Program-made: the position numbers and the translations under genes
Part shown: positions 1 through 9,949 of the stretch, in pieces
Numbering within the stretch: position 1 is the first letter of the stretch
Layout: each line of letters opens with the position of its first letter
Source of the DNA: Candidatus Latescibacterota bacterium
GTDB lineage: Bacteria > Latescibacterota > UBA2968 > UBA8231
Length of the DNA stretch: 64,000 nucleotides
Direction: 5' to 3'
NCBI GenBank assembly: GCA_965200315.1
Contig: OZ241362.1
Location: 1,568,001 to 1,632,000 of the forward strand
Notes under the pieces: generated by a model
The model's input: only the letters and a program-made list of their open reading frames with translations
Databases searched by the model: none
Told to the model about the DNA's origin: nothing

Positions 1-175
1 TAGGCGACAGCATGTCTGCAGCCCAACCCCGCGCTCGACGGCCATTGCCCAACTCTAGGTCCATGGCCACATGCAGCGCAGTCAGGCTGTCAGCGACCAC
101 GTTGCCGAACTTAAACGGCATCCGCATCCGCATCTCGCGCACGTAAAATTCGATATTTTTTATCGCCACTAACAT
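1..175 (-). CDS. Enolase/mandelate-racemase-superfamily-like protein, N-terminal part (runs off the window)
   Basis: Manual translation from ATG at 175: MLVAIKNIEFYVREMRMRMPFKFGNVVADSLTALHVAMDLELGNGRRARGWAADMLSP. Starts 4 bp after the argH stop. Confidence 0.55.
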   Translation of the reverse strand, partial: MLVAIKNIEFYVREMRMRMPFKFGNVVADSLTALHVAMDLELGNGRRARGWAADMLSP

Positions 176-179
176 TCTG

Positions 180-1565
180 TCAACTCCCGGCCCATGCTTG
201 CCGCGCTTTCTCCATCTGTTCGACCACGGCCTCGGGGCCGGTGCCGCCCTCTATATTACGACGCGCCAAGCTGTGGCGCACGTCGAGCAGGCCGAGTGCA
301 TCCGCGCCGAAATCCGCGCTGTGGGCACACAGTTCTTCCAAGCTAAGGTCAGTGAGGGCGCGGCCTTGCTCTAGCGCAGCCCGCACCAAGCAGCCGACGA
401 CGCGATGGGCTTCGCGGAAAGGCACACCTTGGCCCACCAAATAGTCGGCCAAATCCGTTGCCAAGGCCGTAGAATCCACCGCGGACTCCATCCGCTCGGC
501 GCGCACCTCCATGCTCTCCCAAGCACCGGCGAAAACCTCCAAGCAAATGGCCGACGTTTCCAGCGCATCGAACAGCGGCTCCTTGTCTTCCTGCAGATCC
601 TTGGCATACGTCAACGGCACGGCCTTCATCGTCGTCAGCAACGCCATCAGGCTGCCGTACACCCGGCCGGTCTTGCCGCGTACCAGCTCTAGCGAGTCTG
701 GATTTTTCTTTTGTGGCATCATGCTAGAGCCGGTCGCGAAGTGATCGTCGAGCTCGACAAAACCAAACTCGGCCGACGACCAGAGGATCAAATCCTCGCA
801 GAAGCGGCTCAAGTGCATCATTAGGATCGCCAGCGCGGACAGGGTCTCGAGCAGAAAATCGCGGTCGCTGACCGCGTCGAGGCTGTTGGGGGTCACCTGC
901 GAAAACCCGAGTTCGCGGGCAAGGAAGGCCCGGTCGAGCGGAAACGCGCTCCCAGCCAACGCCCCGGAACCCAGCGGCAGAAAGTCGGCCCGCCGCCAAG
1001 CATCCCCCAGCCGCCCGCGGTCGCGCTCCAGCATCCAAAATAGCGACAGCGCGTAGTGTGGGAAAAGGATCGGTTGCGCCTGCTGTACGTGCGTGTAGCC
1101 GGGCAACACCACGCGGCTGTGTTGCTCGCCCGACGCCAGCAGCACACCTTGCAAATGGCGAATCTGCGCCTGAAGCGATGCAATCGCGCCCCGCAGGTAG
1201 AGCCGCTCATCTAAGTTGACTTGGTCGTTGCGACTGCGCCCGGTATGCAGCTTCCCTCCGACTGGCCCGATCAGCTCGGTCAGCCGCTGCTCTACCGCCA
1301 TGTGGATGTCTTCAAGCGCGTCCGGGAGCGCACAATCCGTGGCTGAAAATTCTTCCCGTACCTGCTTTAGCCCCACTTCGATCTGCTCTAGCTCCTCCGC
1401 GCTGAGGACACCGGCTCGCTGCAGGGCGCGGGCGTAGGCCACGCTGCCCGCAACATCGGCCTCCAACAGCTTGCGGTCGAAGCCAATCGAGGCGTTGAAG
1501 CGCTCCATCAGCTCGGCCGGCGCCGACTGAAACCGCCCGCCCCAAGGCGTTTGTACCGCGGCCAT
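180..1565 (-). CDS. argH: Argininosuccinate lyase
   Basis: WGGRF, HTGRSRNDQV and GSSMMPQKKNPD signatures; arg operon context. Confidence 0.97.
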   Translation of the reverse strand: MAAVQTPWGGRFQSAPAELMERFNASIGFDRKLLEADVAGSVAYARALQRAGVLSAEELEQIEVGLKQVREEFSATDCALPDALEDIHMAVEQRLTELIGPVGGKLHTGRSRNDQVNLDERLYLRGAIASLQAQIRHLQGVLLASGEQHSRVVLPGYTHVQQAQPILFPHYALSLFWMLERDRGRLGDAWRRADFLPLGSGALAGSAFPLDRAFLARELGFSQVTPNSLDAVSDRDFLLETLSALAILMMHLSRFCEDLILWSSAEFGFVELDDHFATGSSMMPQKKNPDSLELVRGKTGRVYGSLMALLTTMKAVPLTYAKDLQEDKEPLFDALETSAICLEVFAGAWESMEVRAERMESAVDSTALATDLADYLVGQGVPFREAHRVVGCLVRAALEQGRALTDLSLEELCAHSADFGADALGLLDVRHSLARRNIEGGTGPEAVVEQMEKARQAWAGS

Positions 1566-2761
1566 CAGACACCTTGGCGCAAGATCTCGTCGAATACATC
1601 TACTACTTCGTCGATGCGATCCTGCTCGACGACCAGCGGTGGCAGGAAGCGCACCACATCGGCCCCAGCTGTGGCCACCAAGATGTCGCGCTGGCGGAAG
1701 GCGGCCAGATAGTCGGCGGCCGGCTGGCTAGTGACGGCGCCGACTATTAGCCCTCTGCCGCGAACTTCGGCGATGTGCTCAGGCCAGCGCTGTTGCAGCT
1801 TTTGTAGGCGGCCGAGCAGGTGTTCGCCTTTTTCGCGCACCCCGTCGATAAAACCCGGCTCCAACAGCTTGCCCAAGACCGCGTTCGCCGCGGCGCAAGC
1901 CACGGGATTGGCACCGAACGTCGCGGCGTGGTCGCCGGCCTCAATGGCGTCGGCCACTTTCTGCCGCAAGAGCGCGACGCCGATTGGCAAACCGCCGCCG
2001 AGCGCCTTAGCCAAGGTCATAATATCTGGCTCAACCTCGTATTGTTGATAGGCCCATAGCGATCCCAAGCGCCCGCACCCCACTTGGATCTCGTCGAAGA
2101 CCAGCAGCATATCCCGCTCGTCGCACAGGTGCCGCAGCCCGGTGAGAAACTCCGCCGTCGCGGCGTGGATCCCACCCTCGGCCTGCACCGGCTCGACCAA
2201 AATCGCGCAGGTCTGATCCGAGACCAGTGATTCTACAGAGGCCAAATCGTTGAATTGGGCGAAGTCAATACCCGGCAGCAACGGCCCAAACCCCTTGTGG
2301 TACTTGGGCTGGCCGGTCGTGGAGATGGACCCGTACGTCCGCCCGTGAAAGGAGTTTTCAAAGGCAATGAGGCGATTTTTGGGCGAGTCGTGGGTGGTGT
2401 TGCCCCACTTGCGGCAGAACTTGAGCGACGCCTCCCACGCCTCGGTGCCGCTGTTGCAGAAGAACACCCGGTCGGCAAACGAGTGCTCGACCAGCCGCTG
2501 CGCTACTTGTACCGAGGGGATTGTGTGGTAGAGGTTGGACACGTGCATCAACTTGGCGGCCTGGGTCTGAATGGCCTTGAGCACCTCGTAGTCGCCGTAG
2601 CCCAACGCATTGACCGCCAAGCCGCTGACAAAATCGAGATAGCGGTTGCCGTCCATGTCGAAGAGATAGACCCCATTGCCCCGCTCTAGTACGAACTCGG
2701 GCCGGCCGTAGGTCTGTAAAATGTATTGCGCCTCGCCTTTGATAATGTCTTGGGTTTTCAT
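1565..2761 (-). CDS. argD: Acetylornithine aminotransferase
   Basis: Class III aminotransferase motifs FFCNSGTEA, SFHGRT, FDEIQVG, TLAKALGGG; arg operon. Confidence 0.93.
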   Translation of the reverse strand: MKTQDIIKGEAQYILQTYGRPEFVLERGNGVYLFDMDGNRYLDFVSGLAVNALGYGDYEVLKAIQTQAAKLMHVSNLYHTIPSVQVAQRLVEHSFADRVFFCNSGTEAWEASLKFCRKWGNTTHDSPKNRLIAFENSFHGRTYGSISTTGQPKYHKGFGPLLPGIDFAQFNDLASVESLVSDQTCAILVEPVQAEGGIHAATAEFLTGLRHLCDERDMLLVFDEIQVGCGRLGSLWAYQQYEVEPDIMTLAKALGGGLPIGVALLRQKVADAIEAGDHAATFGANPVACAAANAVLGKLLEPGFIDGVREKGEHLLGRLQKLQQRWPEHIAEVRGRGLIVGAVTSQPAADYLAAFRQRDILVATAGADVVRFLPPLVVEQDRIDEVVDVFDEILRQGV

Positions 2762-2776
2762 GGTTTCTCCGTCGTC

Positions 2777-3664
2777 CTACTGGACAATTTGGGTGCCAAT
2801 GCCCTTCCGAGTGTAAAACTCGAGCAACATCGCATGCGGCACACGCCCGTCAATAACGTGGGTTTTGCGTACGCCAGCTTTGACGGACTTGACACAAGCT
2901 TCGACTTTGGGAATCATCCCACCGCTGATCACGCCTTGGTCCATTAGCTCGCTCACCTCAGAGACGCGCACGGTTGACAGCAGGGACGCATCGTCTGCGA
3001 GATCGCGCATAATGCCTTGCACGTCCGTCAAAAAGACTAACTTTTCAGCGTGCAGGGCCGCGGCGATTCCCCCGGCCGCCGTATCGGCATTGACGTTAAA
3101 GCCCTCGCCCTCCGGGCCGCGGCCAATCGGTGCAACCACCGGAATCATACCCTTGGCTATCAAGTCCAATAAAGGCGCGGTGTCCACGTGCTGGACATCG
3201 CCGACATAGCCGATGTCCAAGGGACCGCCATCGGTTTGGACCCAGTGCTTGCGCACCTGCATAATCCCAGCGTCCTTGGCCGAGACGCCCACGGCCCGCC
3301 CGTCTAGCGCACCAATCTCGCGGACGATCCGCGCATTAACCTCGCCAAAGAGCACATCTTCGACCACCTTCATCGTGGCTGCGTCTGTCACCCGCAATCC
3401 AGCTACGCGCTGGCTTTCAAGGCCTAGCTCTTGCAGGCGGCGGGTGATGGCCGGGCCGCCGCCGTGGACCACGACCGGACAGATGCCGACCGCCTGCATG
3501 AAGACGATGTCCTTATATACGGTGTCCCCGCTGCCCATCGTGCTGCCGCCGTATTTGACGACCATCACTTTGCCGCAAAATTCCTGTAAGTACGGCAGGG
3601 CCTCAATCAGAGTTTCGGCTTTGCCGATCTGGATCTGCAAGTCCTGCAAGATCTCGGCGTTCAT
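2777..3664 (-). CDS. argB: Acetylglutamate kinase
   Basis: VVKYGG, VHGGGP, NVNADTAA, GGMIPKV. Likely ATG at 3664 overlapping the argR stop. Confidence 0.96.
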   Translation of the reverse strand: MNAEILQDLQIQIGKAETLIEALPYLQEFCGKVMVVKYGGSTMGSGDTVYKDIVFMQAVGICPVVVHGGGPAITRRLQELGLESQRVAGLRVTDAATMKVVEDVLFGEVNARIVREIGALDGRAVGVSAKDAGIMQVRKHWVQTDGGPLDIGYVGDVQHVDTAPLLDLIAKGMIPVVAPIGRGPEGEGFNVNADTAAGGIAAALHAEKLVFLTDVQGIMRDLADDASLLSTVRVSEVSELMDQGVISGGMIPKVEACVKSVKAGVRKTHVIDGRVPHAMLLEFYTRKGIGTQIVQ

Positions 3665-4131
3665 CAGTTGTCCTCGCCGCACACCGCGTTGATCTTATCG
3701 ACTAACTTAGCCGCATCTTGCTCGAAACGAGTGACGATAAAGATCGTGTTTTCGCCGGCCAACGTACCCACGACCTCGGTCCAACTCATGCGATCGATGG
3801 CCTCGCAGACGCTTTGGGCGTGCCCCGACGCGGTCCGCACCAGCACCATGTTGATTACCTGTTCAATTTGGACTAAAAAATCCTGCAACTCTCTTTCTAG
3901 AATGTGCAGGTCGCGCAACGTGGCTCCAGCTTCGGGCAGCGTATAGCGAAATCCTCCATCGGCCTGCGGCACCCGCACTACGCCTATTTCTCGCAAGTCT
4001 TTCGACAAAGTTGACTGGCTGACCTCAATACCCTGTTGCTGGAGAACTTCGGCCAATTTTTCGTGCGTATCAATGGCCCTTCTGTAGAGCAGGTCCCGTA
4101 TGCGGGTCTGCCGCATCTGTTTATTTCTCAT
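3664..4131 (-). CDS. argR: Arginine repressor
   Basis: VSQSTLSKDLREIG winged HTH; C-terminal VGTLAGENTIF. Confidence 0.93.
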   Translation of the reverse strand: MRNKQMRQTRIRDLLYRRAIDTHEKLAEVLQQQGIEVSQSTLSKDLREIGVVRVPQADGGFRYTLPEAGATLRDLHILERELQDFLVQIEQVINMVLVRTASGHAQSVCEAIDRMSWTEVVGTLAGENTIFIVTRFEQDAAKLVDKINAVCGEDN

Positions 4132-4146
4132 AATTTTTATTATTTA

Positions 4147-4191
4147 ATTGAAATAAAAATTCAAAGTAGAGTACCGCCAAGGCCGTGTCAA
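4147..4191 (-). promoter_or_regulatory. Sigma70-type promoter of the arg operon with overlapping ARG-box-like operator
   Basis: Minus strand TTGACA (4186-4191), 17-bp spacer, TACTTT (4163-4168), overlapped by TTTGAATTTTTATTTCAA. Confidence 0.7.
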
Positions 4192-4207
4192 GCAAAACGC
4201 AGCCGCA

Positions 4208-4990
4208 CTACGCCCGACCCGAGGCCATCTGCTCTTGTAGGCGCAGCGTAAGCTGCCGGCGGTCCAGCCCCCGCCAAAAGACTCCGCCAATGGCCAGCGA
4301 AATGGTGCTGTTCTCCTCGGAGACGACGATAATCACCGCGTCCGATTCCTGTGACAGACCCAATGCTGCCCGATGGCGGGTTCCCAACCGCTGGTCTTCG
4401 ACCTGTTCGGCCAAGGGCAAGGTGCAACGGGCCGCCACCAAACGCTCTCCTTGAATAACGACAGCTCGGTCGTGCAGTGGGGTGCGCGGGCTGAAGATCG
4501 TGGCCAGCAAATCGCCCGACACTTCCGAGTTCAGGGGCACTCCGGTCTCAATGACCGGCCTGAGCTGGACTTGGCGCACCAACACGATTAGTGCCCCGTA
4601 CCCCAAGTCGGCCAAGCGCTCCACTCCACTGACGACCTCGTCGATGACCCGTGCCCGCTCGGCCTTGTAAAACCAGCTAAACGCCGGGGTCTGACCCAAG
4701 ACTTGGAGGAGCCGTCGCAGTTCGGGCTGGAAGAGGATGACCAGCAGGATTAGCAAGATAGAACGCACCTGCTCCAAAAGCCAAGACAGAGCGTTCATCT
4801 TGAGCCAAGGCGCGGCCAAGGCCACGATCACCAGCAGCAGCAGCCCAGCCACCATGTGCGCGGCTCGGGTTTCCTGGATTAGAGAGAGCAAGCGGAAGAC
4901 GATAAAGGCTACCAGCAGTATATCCACCACCGAGGTCAGCGAGACGGGCAGAAAGCCAAAGAGGTGGAACAGGACCGGGTCTTTTAGCAC
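4208..4990 (-). CDS. dacA: Diadenylate cyclase CdaA/DacA family (DGA motif reads DRA)
   Basis: Three N-terminal TM helices, ILFQPELRR, GALIV, TPLHDRAV, GTRHRAA; follows folP. Confidence 0.9.
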   Translation of the reverse strand: MLKDPVLFHLFGFLPVSLTSVVDILLVAFIVFRLLSLIQETRAAHMVAGLLLLVIVALAAPWLKMNALSWLLEQVRSILLILLVILFQPELRRLLQVLGQTPAFSWFYKAERARVIDEVVSGVERLADLGYGALIVLVRQVQLRPVIETGVPLNSEVSGDLLATIFSPRTPLHDRAVVIQGERLVAARCTLPLAEQVEDQRLGTRHRAALGLSQESDAVIIVVSEENSTISLAIGGVFWRGLDRRQLTLRLQEQMASGRA

Positions 4991-5832
4991 GGTGCTTGGC
5001 CCCGCACGGCCTCGACTAAGCGGACGGCCCGCAGCGTCGCGGCCACGTCGTGGACTCGCAGGATGTGGACGCCGGCCCTAGCCGCTAGAGCCGCCGCCGC
5101 CAAGCTGCCCTCCAAGCTCTCGGCGACCGAGAGCCCGAGTGTTTTCCAGATAAAGGATTTGCGCGAAGCCCCCACTACCAATGGGCACTCCAAACCCAAG
5201 AAGTGCTCTAACATCCCTAACAAGGCGAGGTTGCCCTCCGGCGACTTGCCAAACCCCAAACCCGGATCCACGGCCACGCGCTCGACGCCTTGGGCATGGG
5301 CAACACATACGCGCTCTTCTAGGAAGGAGTACACTGCCCCGGGTAAGTCGTCGTAGTGAGTATTCTGCTGCATGGTGGCCGCCGTGCCCCGGCGGTGCAT
5401 CAGAACCATGGGGGCTTGAGCCTGTGCGGCGACCTCGGCCATAGCCGGATCGTGCCGCAGGGCGCTAATGTCGTTGATAATATCGGCCCCCGCCTCAAGG
5501 GCCCGGTGCGCCACTTCAGCCTTGACCGTGTCAACCGAGATGGGCACATCGCTCTGGCGGCGGAGACCCTCAATGACCGGGAGAACCCGGGCGCACTCCT
5601 CGGCGACTGAGACCGCCTCGGCGACCCCGTACATCGGCGGCCGCGACGATTCACCGCCGATATCGACGATTGCCGCCCCTTCCTCCACCATCTCTAAGCC
5701 GCGCTCCACCGCAGCCTGCGGCTCGCAGTAGCACCCCCCGTCGTAAAACGAATCGGGCGTCGCATTGAGGACGCCCATGATCTGTACTTGGTCGGAAAAG
5801 TGGAGGGTGCGACTTCCCAACTCCCAGATCAC
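4984..5832 (-). CDS. folP: Dihydropteroate synthase
   Basis: MGVLNATPDSFYDGG, DIGGESSRP, DPGLGFGK, SRKSF, RVHDV. Confidence 0.96.
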   Translation of the reverse strand: MIWELGSRTLHFSDQVQIMGVLNATPDSFYDGGCYCEPQAAVERGLEMVEEGAAIVDIGGESSRPPMYGVAEAVSVAEECARVLPVIEGLRRQSDVPISVDTVKAEVAHRALEAGADIINDISALRHDPAMAEVAAQAQAPMVLMHRRGTAATMQQNTHYDDLPGAVYSFLEERVCVAHAQGVERVAVDPGLGFGKSPEGNLALLGMLEHFLGLECPLVVGASRKSFIWKTLGLSVAESLEGSLAAAALAARAGVHILRVHDVAATLRAVRLVEAVRGQAPC

Positions 5833-7766
5833 GCCTCATTCTCGTCGCTTAAGGCGCGCACCGGTTTGCGGGCGAGAGGCTCTCCAGCCAAGACTTGGTC
5901 GATCTCCGCGTCGTCGAGGACTTCGTATGCGAGGAGGGCGCGGGTCAAGGAGTGCAACTTGTCCTCCTTTTCCCCGAGGATGCGCAACGCCGTTTCCTCG
6001 GCCTCTACCACCAACTTGCGGATCTCGCGATCAACGGCTTGGGCGGTCTCTTCACTCAAGTGGCGGCTGCGGGTGAATTCCTTGCCGAGGAAGACCTCGT
6101 CGTCGCCGCCGCCCAATGAGAGAGGACCGAGCTCTTCGTTCATACCCCAATCGCAGACCATCGAACGGGCCAAGCGCGTCACTTGCTGGTAGTCGCCTTG
6201 GGCTCCGGTTGAGCGCTCGGCAAAGATCAATTTCTCAGCGGCGCAACCGCCCAGCGCCGTCGCCAAGTGCGCCTTGAGCCGCGTCTCGGTCAGCGAACGC
6301 CGCTCGTCAGCGAGAAAGGAGACCATGCCCATGGCCTGCCCGCGCGGGATAATGGTGGCCTTGCCAATGGCCGGACCGCCTTTGAGGCTCTTGGCGACCA
6401 AAGCGTGGCCCGCTTCGTGGTAGGCCGACAGCCGCTGATCCTCCTCGGTCAGGACCATGCTGCGGCGCTCGGCCCCAAGCATCACCTTGTCTTTGGCCGC
6501 CTCAAAGTCGCCCATGTCAACGGTCTTGCGGTCGCGCCGCGAGGCCAGCAAGGCCGCTTCGTTGACCAAGTTCTCCAAGTCGGCCCCAGAAAGCCCGGGG
6601 GTGCCCTGCGCCACCTTTTGCAAATCGACGTCCGGATCCAGCGGCACTTTGCGCACGTGAACCTTGAGCACACCCTCCCGACCTCTGACGTCGGGCAGGT
6701 CAACCACCACCCGGCGATCGAAACGGCCGGGCCGCAAAAGCGCTGGGTCGAGCACATCGGGACGATTGGTCGCGGCGATGAGAATGACGCCGTCGTTGGA
6801 CTCAAAACCGTCCATTTCCACTAGAAGCTGGTTGAGGGTCTGCTCGCGCTCGTCGTGGCCGCCGCCAATGCCTGCGCCTCGGTGGCGACCCACCGCGTCG
6901 ATCTCATCGACGAAAATTAGGCACGGAGCATTGGTCTTGCCCTGTTCAAAAAGGTCGCGCACACGCGAAGCGCCAACGCCGACGAACATCTCGACGAAGT
7001 CCGAACCACTAATCGAAAAGAAGGGCACACCCGCTTCGCCAGCCACCGCACGCGCCAAGTGCGTCTTGCCCGTACCCGGCGGCCCGACCATCAAGACGCC
7101 CTTGGGAATCCGCCCGCCGAGGCGCTGAAACCGGTGGGGATCCTTGAGAAATTCAATGATCTCCTCCAACTCCTTCTTGGCCTCGTCGGCCCCAGCCACG
7201 TCGGCAAAGGTCGCCTTGTGCTTGTCTTCCAACAGGAGTTTGGCCCGACTTTTGCCAAAGGAAAACAGCCCGCGCGCACCGCCCTGCATCTGCCGCAACA
7301 TAAATATCCAGAAGGCGATAAACAGCAGCCACGGCAAAAAGCTGAAGAGGAAATTGTACCACCGGAAGGGTTCTTCCTCAAAGCGAAAATCGACCCCTTT
7401 TTCTCCCCACTCGCGCTTGGTCTCCGCGTCTATTGGGCCCAAGTTGACTACAAAGCGGCTCCCCTCGTGCAAGACGCCCTCAAACTCGCGCTCACCGACG
7501 ATGACCGCCTCGGCAATGCGGCCATCGTCCAAGTATTGGCGGTATTCCTTGTAGGAGACCAGCTGAGGATCGGAGGGTTTGCTGCCAACGAATTTGGCGA
7601 TGGAGATCATCACCAACACAAAGAAGAGCCAAAACGCTTGGGTTCGCGAGGGGCGTCGCCAGCGGCGCGGCCTGTCTTCGCCATCGCCCTCTTGGCGGTC
7701 CAGCCCACGGTCGTCCTTAAAGCGCGTAGGTCGCTCCTCCTCGGCCTGCTTTTTTCGTCCCTCCAT
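5829..7766 (-). CDS. ftsH: ATP-dependent zinc metalloprotease FtsH
   Basis: Two TM helices, [30 protein letters not shown]. Confidence 0.98.
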   Translation of the reverse strand: MEGRKKQAEEERPTRFKDDRGLDRQEGDGEDRPRRWRRPSRTQAFWLFFVLVMISIAKFVGSKPSDPQLVSYKEYRQYLDDGRIAEAVIVGEREFEGVLHEGSRFVVNLGPIDAETKREWGEKGVDFRFEEEPFRWYNFLFSFLPWLLFIAFWIFMLRQMQGGARGLFSFGKSRAKLLLEDKHKATFADVAGADEAKKELEEIIEFLKDPHRFQRLGGRIPKGVLMVGPPGTGKTHLARAVAGEAGVPFFSISGSDFVEMFVGVGASRVRDLFEQGKTNAPCLIFVDEIDAVGRHRGAGIGGGHDEREQTLNQLLVEMDGFESNDGVILIAATNRPDVLDPALLRPGRFDRRVVVDLPDVRGREGVLKVHVRKVPLDPDVDLQKVAQGTPGLSGADLENLVNEAALLASRRDRKTVDMGDFEAAKDKVMLGAERRSMVLTEEDQRLSAYHEAGHALVAKSLKGGPAIGKATIIPRGQAMGMVSFLADERRSLTETRLKAHLATALGGCAAEKLIFAERSTGAQGDYQQVTRLARSMVCDWGMNEELGPLSLGGGDDEVFLGKEFTRSRHLSEETAQAVDREIRKLVVEAEETALRILGEKEDKLHSLTRALLAYEVLDDAEIDQVLAGEPLARKPVRALSDENEA

Positions 7767-7781
7767 GACAGATACTCTAGG

Positions 7782-9155
7782 TCAATCGCCGTCCCAATGC
7801 CTCAGCGTACACAAGGCGATGCGGCGCGTAGTGGATTTTATTCTGAAAGCATGACTAGAACGCAGCGGCGCGACCCAAGCTATTTCCTCCCCTCGGGCCA
7901 GCACCAGCACTTCGTCGCGCACGATTTTCGGCCACTTGGCGTCAATGAGAAAGTCGCTCAACTTCTTGTGACCTTTCATGCCCAGCGGCTGGAAGCGATC
8001 ACCCGGCCGCTGGCTGCGCACTTGCACCCGTGTGCCGAGGCGATCCGCGTCTAAAGCCACTTGCGCACCCCCTAGCCGGGCCTTATCAAAGCGATCCGGG
8101 GAGACGACTTGGACGCGGATTTTTACGCCGTACTCTCTTAGCACCAGTGCGCCGGGTATATCGAAGCAACGCACGACCAGCGGCCGCTGCCCGCCGCGCA
8201 GGATATAGCGCGTACCGCAACCCTGCCCCCGCAGACCAGCACCCAACACCCGCAGACGCTTGTCGTCGGCCTCAATCCAGCCCCGCACTTGCTCGACGCG
8301 GACAAAATCAAAAGGGCCATCCGCGGCGGCGAGGCCCTGGAGCACGCCGCGCAGTATGCGCCTTTGTATGGCTATATGATAAGCGAGAAGCCTAGTCCTA
8401 TCAAGGGCCACCTTGTCGTTGCAATGCTCACAAACCACTGTATCTAAAGCCTCTTGGGTTAACTCCGCGAGTAGATCGTCCTCGGCTTTGAGAAGCGCGG
8501 CGGTGCGATTTAGAACCTCGGCGATGTTGGGATTATAGCTCTCGAGCAAGGGCATTAGTTCCCCGCGCACCCGATTGCGCAAAAAGCGCGAGTCGCGGTT
8601 GGAGGGATCCTCTCGGTAGCGCAAGCTCCGCTGGTGTGCGTATTTTTCGATCTCAGCGCGCCGCACGCGCAGCAGCGGCCGCAGATAGCGTCCCTGGCGT
8701 ACAATCTCCATCCCGCCTAAGCCGGTGGCACCGCTACCGCGTAACAAGCGCAAGATCACGGTCTCGGCTTGATCATCGCCTTGGTGCCCCAAGGCGATGA
8801 ACTCAGCCCCGGTCCGGTCGGCGACTTGGTCGAGAAAGGCGTAACGCTGCCGCCGACCCGCTTCCTCCAGCGACCGGCCCTCGGTTCGGGCGTAAGCCTC
8901 CACGTCGCGCCGCTCTATCGAGTAGGGCAGCCCGCGACGCTGCGCCTCTTCGGCGACAAAGCGGCTGTCGGCCGCCGAATCCGGCCGCAGCGCATGGTCC
9001 AAGTGCGCCACATGCAACCGGTACCCTAAGCCATCCAAGACATCGAGCAGTACCGTCGAATCGACGCCGCCCGACACAGCGACTACTATGCCGGCCCCGG
9101 CCTCCAATCCCGCTTCCTGTAGCACTTGCCGCACACTGGCGACTATGGCTTCCAT
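7782..9155 (-). CDS. tilS: tRNA(Ile)-lysidine synthetase
   Basis: VAVSGGVDS PP-loop, HQGDDQAET, RNRVR. Likely ATG at 9155. Confidence 0.95.
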   Translation of the reverse strand: MEAIVASVRQVLQEAGLEAGAGIVVAVSGGVDSTVLLDVLDGLGYRLHVAHLDHALRPDSAADSRFVAEEAQRRGLPYSIERRDVEAYARTEGRSLEEAGRRQRYAFLDQVADRTGAEFIALGHQGDDQAETVILRLLRGSGATGLGGMEIVRQGRYLRPLLRVRRAEIEKYAHQRSLRYREDPSNRDSRFLRNRVRGELMPLLESYNPNIAEVLNRTAALLKAEDDLLAELTQEALDTVVCEHCNDKVALDRTRLLAYHIAIQRRILRGVLQGLAAADGPFDFVRVEQVRGWIEADDKRLRVLGAGLRGQGCGTRYILRGGQRPLVVRCFDIPGALVLREYGVKIRVQVVSPDRFDKARLGGAQVALDADRLGTRVQVRSQRPGDRFQPLGMKGHKKLSDFLIDAKWPKIVRDEVLVLARGEEIAWVAPLRSSHAFRIKSTTRRIALCTLRHWDGD

Positions 9156-9234
9156 GGCCTTTGTTCCCGTCGCACGAAAACAGAAAATTACCCCAAGCAA
9201 GTAATGGAGGGCAAATTAGACGAAGAGGCGCCCC

Positions 9235-9268
9235 TTGACAAAATGAACTAATGTGCAGTATATATAAT
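9235..9268 (+). promoter_or_regulatory. lexA promoter with candidate SOS box
   Basis: TTGACA 9235-9240; TATATA/TATAAT 9259-9268; near-palindrome TGAACTAATGTGCA (9244-9257) in the spacer. Confidence 0.65.
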
Positions 9269-9314
9269 TTCAGGTCTTCTTTCACCTTTCCTCCCCAGTT
9301 ATGGAGGTACACTC

Positions 9315-9941
9315 ATGCCCAAACCCCTCACCGAGCGCCAACAAGCAATTTACGACTTCATTGCCGCTGCAATTCGCTCCGGGGGTCCGCCCACGATCCG
9401 CGAAATCATGGATGTCTTTGGCATCAACTCCACCAATGGAGTACGCACTACTTTGGAGACTTTGGAAAAAAAAGGCTACATCCGCCGCCGGGCACGCCGC
9501 TCCCGGGGCATAGAGCTCGTCGATTACGTCAGGCCGGCCTCCCTTTCCACTGATTTGCGCGAAGTGCCCCTAATTGGCCGAGTCGCTGCGGGCACCCCCA
9601 TCCTCGCCACCCAAAACATCGAGAACACGCTCAATGTCGATGCATCGCTCGTCCCCGCTTCGGGCGCTGTCTTCGCGCTGCGCATCCACGGCGAGAGCAT
9701 GTGCAACGCCGGTATTCTCGACGGCGACATCGTCATCGCCCGCCAGCAAGACCGCGCCGAGCACGGCGATATCGTCGTCGCGCTGCTCGGCGACGAAGCC
9801 ACGGTTAAGCGCTATGCTCCCGGCCCCGACGGCATCCGGCTCCTGCCTGAAAACGAGGCGTTCAACCCCATTGTCGTCCCGCCCGACGCCGACGGGTTCA
9901 GCATCGCTGGCAAAGTTGTGGGCCTCATGCGTCGTTTCTAG
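9315..9941 (+). CDS. lexA: SOS repressor LexA
   Basis: LTERQ..PPTIREI HTH, VAAG cleavage site, GESM Ser and TVKR Lys. Confidence 0.97.
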   Translation: MPKPLTERQQAIYDFIAAAIRSGGPPTIREIMDVFGINSTNGVRTTLETLEKKGYIRRRARRSRGIELVDYVRPASLSTDLREVPLIGRVAAGTPILATQNIENTLNVDASLVPASGAVFALRIHGESMCNAGILDGDIVIARQQDRAEHGDIVVALLGDEATVKRYAPGPDGIRLLPENEAFNPIVVPPDADGFSIAGKVVGLMRRF

Positions 9942-9949
9942 GGTGCGGT

